A DNA stretch of 64,000 nucleotides, taken from the IMG/VR virus record IMGVR_UViG_3300031656_000001; one strand, written 5' to 3'. The stretch's first letter is position 1. Every line of letters starts with the position of its first letter. Below are positions 61,301-64,000 of the stretch, one piece after another. The notes under the pieces are model-generated. The model did not search any database and was not told the DNA's origin. It saw only the letters and a program-made list of their open reading frames with translations. The translations under genes were made by a program, and so were the position numbers. The DNA is from a virus.

Positions 61301-61659
61301 GTACTCCATGTAGTAGTCGTTGAATGATTAGTAGATCTACTAGTTGATTGTGATGTATTGAACGTTGTGGTCCAAGTCGATGTAGTAGACTTGCTTGTTG
61401 ACCACGTGGTTGTAGTAGATTTGTTAGTTGTCCATGTTGTTGTTGTTGCATGTGATGTTGCCCAAGTAGTTCCAAATGTGGTAGCAGTTGATTGACTAGT
61501 ACTCCATGATGTAGCAGTTGATTGCGATGTGTTTTTTTGTACTATGGTCGGCACAGATGTTGCCCAAGTTGTAGTAGTATTTTGATTCGTAACCTTCTGT
61601 GTTGATTTCGCACTTCCTGTACTCCAAAAATCAACTCTAGTAAATCCTATATTTTTCAT
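58399..61659 (-). CDS. Thr/Ser/Trp-rich 36-aa-repeat protein A with C-terminal Hint (intein-like) domain and Cys-rich tail
   Basis: 1086 aa: about 890 aa of repeats, then CIIEGT...TTAGH...FFANGILTHN and a 44-aa tail with four Cys. Confidence 0.8.
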   Translation of the reverse strand: MKNIGFTRVDFWSTGSAKSTQKVTNQNTTTTWATSVPTIVQKNTSQSTATSWSTSQSTATTFGTTWATSHATTTTWTTNKSTTTTWSTSKSTTSTWTTTFNTSQSTSRSTNHSTTTTWSTSIVTSRSTNKPTSTTWTTSWTTSQGTLIPVSTSLGTSQSTSKSTTTAYNTSWSTAWNTSQSTTTTFTTTYNTAWNTSLKTSKSTTTVFNTTWTTAWNTSQSTTTAYTTNWTTSYSTSLGTSKSTTTTWTTAWTTVWSTSRATSTAYTTFWKTAWNTSRSTNHATTTVYTTTWQTALSTTTAYTTNWTSVWNTSKSTSHSTTTTYNTTWSTSKATSISTNKSTTTTFNTSHSTNHSTTTTYTTTWSTSIGTNRSTNKNTTTTWNTSKSTSHSTTTTYTTTWSTSRATSISTNKNTTTSWNTSHSTNHSTTTTYTTTWSTSRGTNRSTNKNTTTSWNTSHSTSHSTTTTYNTTWSTSRATSIPTSRNTTTVWNTSYSTNHSTTTTYNTTWSTSTGTSKSTSKSTTTTWNTSISTNHSTTTTYTTTWATSIGTSRGTSKNTTTTWNTRHSTSKSTTTTYTTTWSTSRGTFIGTSKNTTTTWNTSRSTSHGTTTTYATTWSTSRGTSRGTNRNTTTTWNTSHSTSKSTTTTYATTWKTSIGTSRGTNRNTTTAWNTSHSTSKSTTTTFNTTFSTSKSTTTTWTTSWNTSWNTTRGTNRNTTTVWQTSRSTNKSTTTSYTTYFNTSKSTTTSWTTSWNTSWNTTRGTNRNTTTIWQTSRGTSRSTTTVYNTTWSTLGGSPKRTTSRSTTTTFNTSWNTTRATTTSWTTTWGTVYPMMKSRNTTYSYSRGTSKSTTTSWTTTWNTSRSTYTGVIGTLRSTAYSYNSYWNTSQTTDDCIIEGTEIHISTNTTVPVETLLINDTVLTKDGPFNIENETSLFSISTTAITGALSTDDYLSGARKSEVIGVVDINNGLLKTTAGHLHIIKRGGFWIISRGGDIVVGDILYHITNGEILITSAVYDGTNTYTVYKLDIEPNDVFFANGILTHNRKGEAGLCPTVNFRERYNAYMSRCMKYTGDERGCDMCFNVGGMK
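58534..58989 (-). other. Hint/BIL auto-processing domain (152 aa)
   Basis: Cys1, block B TxxH and terminal His-Asn; +1 residue is Arg rather than C/S/T; no endonuclease insert. Confidence 0.8.
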
Positions 61660-61693
61660 ATTGTCATTGTCTCGTTTTAATTATAAATTGTTA

Positions 61694-62173
61694 TTATGAA
61701 AAATCTCCTACATAATTACAAAGGACGTTATTTGCATCAATTATAAAGTAAGATATAATTGATACTACGTTGGCTTCAGTAGCAAAATTAATTGCTGCAC
61801 CTGATGGCGTTTTCATGTAAACTGGTAATGCATCAAATTTGGCACCATCTAACGCATTAATTATTAAGATTGTCCCAGATTGTCCAGCATTGTCTGCTGT
61901 AATACCGCTCATTCTTATTGTCGTTGGTACTTCAGCACCTTTGATTGCTATTAGGAATGCATCTCCATCATTTGGTTTAATATCAAACAGACCACGGTCT
62001 TCAGTAACACCTAGTATGTTTCTTTTTAGTGCACCTGTTACTTTTAAATCATTCAGTACTAGATCACTTGTATTTTCGTATTTCCCAGAATCTTTGTTAT
62101 ACGCCAGTAAATTGCCATTCGATGGCGCAGCTGATATAAATTCAAGTATTTGTTTTATTTTTAATTGAGACAT
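61694..62173 (-). CDS. Putative fibre-associated structural protein
   Basis: 159 aa; NGNLLAYNKDSGKYEN fibre-like motif; late-type motif at 62202-62212; first gene of the repeat-protein unit. Confidence 0.5.
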   Translation of the reverse strand: MSQLKIKQILEFISAAPSNGNLLAYNKDSGKYENTSDLVLNDLKVTGALKRNILGVTEDRGLFDIKPNDGDAFLIAIKGAEVPTTIRMSGITADNAGQSGTILIINALDGAKFDALPVYMKTPSGAAINFATEANVVSIISYFIIDANNVLCNYVGDFS

Positions 62174-62273
62174 GGATGAGTATTCTTTTTTACGTTTATA
62201 TTATTATATATCCTATTTTTATGACTTACACCTCTTATTGGGATAAAATAAAAGAAATTAATCTTTAAGTGTA

Positions 62274-62879
62274 TTACTTTTTCTTGGTCAAAAGAGCCAT
62301 AAAATCTAAATGCTGTTTTAAAATATCTGATTTAGCTGCATTGTCATTTGTCTTATACCACGACCATGCTGTAGAATTTAATATGTTTTCTTGTTTTTGT
62401 TTTAATTTGTTTATACTTTTTTCAATAGCTTCTATTTGATCATACGCTGATTCAGGAATTTCTAATTCTAGTTTCAAAGCACATCTAATTAATTTAGCCC
62501 AATCCTCAGTTTCGTTAGCATTCACTGAATTCTCATAAATCTCTTTATATTCATTGAATTCTGATTCTGTTAACTCAGATGATAATTTATCTGGATGACA
62601 TCTTAATACAACCTTTCTAAATAAGCTTTTAAATTCAGGATGTTTATTAGATTCTTTTTCTGCATCAGCAGCTTCTTTGTTATTCTGAACCCATGTATCT
62701 GACATGTTGTCCATTTCTTCAGTCTCTAAAACACCGTCAGTATCAATATCTGAAAGCGATTGCATAAATGAATCTTTGATTTCAGAATTCGCTGATTCAA
62801 TATCCTTTAAATCTTCTAGTAAAAACTCATACTCTCTTACGAGCCTTTTGAAAATTAGTTTATTAGCTTTAGTTGTCAT
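62274..62879 (-). CDS. Protein with internal J-domain-like HPD motif
   Basis: FKSLFRKVVLRCHPDKL flanked by coiled coils. Confidence 0.6.
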   Translation of the reverse strand: MTTKANKLIFKRLVREYEFLLEDLKDIESANSEIKDSFMQSLSDIDTDGVLETEEMDNMSDTWVQNNKEAADAEKESNKHPEFKSLFRKVVLRCHPDKLSSELTESEFNEYKEIYENSVNANETEDWAKLIRCALKLELEIPESAYDQIEAIEKSINKLKQKQENILNSTAWSWYKTNDNAAKSDILKQHLDFMALLTKKK

Positions 62880-62918
62880 TTATAGAAATTAATTTATCTG
62901 TTTTATTATATATTCAAT

Positions 62919-62948
62919 AAAAAAGGCCCACCTTTTGAGTGGGCCTTT
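62919..62948 (-). terminator. Intrinsic terminator
   Basis: AAAGGCCCAC..GTGGGCC stem plus T6 on the minus strand. Confidence 0.8.
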
Positions 62949-62974
62949 AGTTAAATTAAAGATTAACTAACTGA

Positions 62975-64000
62975 TTATACAGGAAGTTCAGTTAAATCTT
63001 TAGGATTTCCAATTGGATCAATTGGATCTTGGTTAGAATGTTCGATACCAATCACAACAATGTGATCATTTGCTTCTAAAGAGTAACCTAAGTTTGAAAC
63101 TTGGAAGTTGAAACCTCCGTTTGTAATAGAGAAACCGTCAACACCTACAGAACTTCTATGAATTTGTAATCCGTTAACATAAACTAAAACGTCATTGTTA
63201 GCATCATTTACAGCTTTAGCAAGATAGAATTGAGTTGCATTAATGAAAGTAGCAATTTGTTCTATTTTTGCAGTACCTGCGACAGCGCTTATTAAACCTT
63301 CAAGTCTAGTAACATCAGCATCTGTGTCAGCTATTTCAGCAGCTAACGCATTGTCAATTCTAGTAACATCACCGTTTGTAGAAGATACTTCAGCGGCTAA
63401 CGCATTTTCAATTCTAGTAACATCACCGTTTGTTGCTGAAACTTCAGCAGCTAATGCAGCTTCGATTCTAGTAATATCGCTGTTTGTTGTAGAAATTTCA
63501 TTGTTTAAGTTTAAGATAACAGTAGCAAGCGCATTATCATTTACAGTATCAACATTGTTGATTAATGTAACAACATCTGCGAATGAATCTGGATTAGCAT
63601 CAACTGCATTTAAAATTGCATCGATTCTATCTTTTTGAACTTTAATGTCAGCTTTTGTTGTTAAAGCTCTCGCTACATCCTTAGATTCAGCAGTTTCTGC
63701 AGCAGCAGCAATCGCTTCAGATTTAGCGGTGCCAGCAGAACCTGCAGCGTCATAGTTACCAGCTAATCCATCAGAATATCCGTTAGATGAACTAATTGCT
63801 TCAGATTTAGCAGCGTTAGCTTTAGTTGTTGCATCTAAAGCAGCAGCAGATTGAGCGTCGTCAGCAGAACCTACAGCGTCATAGTTACCAGCTAATCCAT
63901 CAGAATATCCGTTAGATGAACTAATTGCTTCAGATTTAGCAGCGTTAGCTTTAGTTGTTGCATCTAAAGCAGCAGCAGATTGAGCGTCGTCAGCAGAACC
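62975..64000 (-). CDS. Ala-rich coiled-coil fibre protein, C-terminal part (runs off window end)
   Basis: Not in ORF track. Open minus frame of 342 codons ending ...VLVYVNGLQIH...DLTELPV-stop; 43-aa and 18-aa repeats. Confidence 0.75.
   Translation of the reverse strand, partial: GSADDAQSAAALDATTKANAAKSEAISSSNGYSDGLAGNYDAVGSADDAQSAAALDATTKANAAKSEAISSSNGYSDGLAGNYDAAGSAGTAKSEAIAAAAETAESKDVARALTTKADIKVQKDRIDAILNAVDANPDSFADVVTLINNVDTVNDNALATVILNLNNEISTTNSDITRIEAALAAEVSATNGDVTRIENALAAEVSSTNGDVTRIDNALAAEIADTDADVTRLEGLISAVAGTAKIEQIATFINATQFYLAKAVNDANNDVLVYVNGLQIHRSSVGVDGFSITNGGFNFQVSNLGYSLEANDHIVVIGIEHSNQDPIDPIGNPKDLTELPV
63733..64000. repeat. 129-nt tandem repeat (43 aa)
   Basis: cagcagaacc recurs at 63733, 63862 and 63991 with near-identical intervening sequence. 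Confidence 0.9.

Noticed and set aside
55725-61475. Alternative-frame and plus-strand ORFs over the Thr-rich genes (Val-rich or Gln/Leu-rich translations)
   Set aside because: Shadows of low-complexity ACN/TCN/AGY codon repeats that lack stops in other frames; no independent signals.
55646-61659. Repeat region as a CRISPR array, DGR or non-coding satellite
   Set aside because: Repeats are in frame, vary mainly at synonymous positions and have no constant-repeat/unique-spacer structure; no cas or reverse transcriptase gene in the window.
52729-61659. ATP-grasp plus Thr-rich proteins as a graspetide (RiPP) cluster
   Set aside because: Graspetide crosslinks need Asp/Glu acceptors, which the repeats almost entirely lack; the ATP-grasp has its own promoter motifs and the capsid-targeting-like leader.
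1226-63638. Numerous short plus-strand ORFs in the track
   Set aside because: All are antisense to longer minus-strand genes, have no recognisable motifs and no plus-strand expression signals.
1-64000. Stop-codon reassignment, as seen in some large phages
   Set aside because: The standard code gives long intact ORFs with dense packing, and TAA, TAG and TGA all occur at plausible gene ends.

Overview
AT-rich segment of a large T4-like (contractile-tailed) phage genome, with essentially all real genes on the minus strand. A Bacteroidota/Flavobacteriia host is inferred from a Flavobacterium-type bS21, a Bacteroidota-like lipoprotein, a TAnnTTTG-like promoter and A-rich, SD-less starts. 1-32 kb is a virion module: giant Ig/FN3 protein, baseplate gp6/gp7/gp25/gp53/gp27/gp5-like genes and a gp13-like neck protein, with an amidoligase and a bS1-like protein embedded. 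32-54 kb is an accessory/metabolic region: DinG helicase, dCMP deaminase, UvsE, HAD phosphatases, RNase HII, PhoH, bS21, DnaJ, exonuclease and ATP-grasp. 54-64 kb holds a glycosyltransferase/methyltransferase/phosphatase trio beside two long Thr/Ser/Trp 36-aa-repeat proteins (one with a Hint auto-processing domain and Cys-rich tail), then a coiled-coil fibre. Main findings: (i) the Thr-rich repeat pair + Hint + glyco-modification locus; (ii) unrelated enzymes sharing an N-terminal MK(H/R)IKxFEEFxNE leader resembling the T4 capsid-targeting sequence, all behind a putative late promoter; (iii) three distinct recurring promoter-like motifs; (iv) a 32-bp promoter-containing direct repeat flanking uvsE; (v) a hairpin hiding the RNase HII start codon. 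All family assignments come from motif recognition by eye, not database searches.
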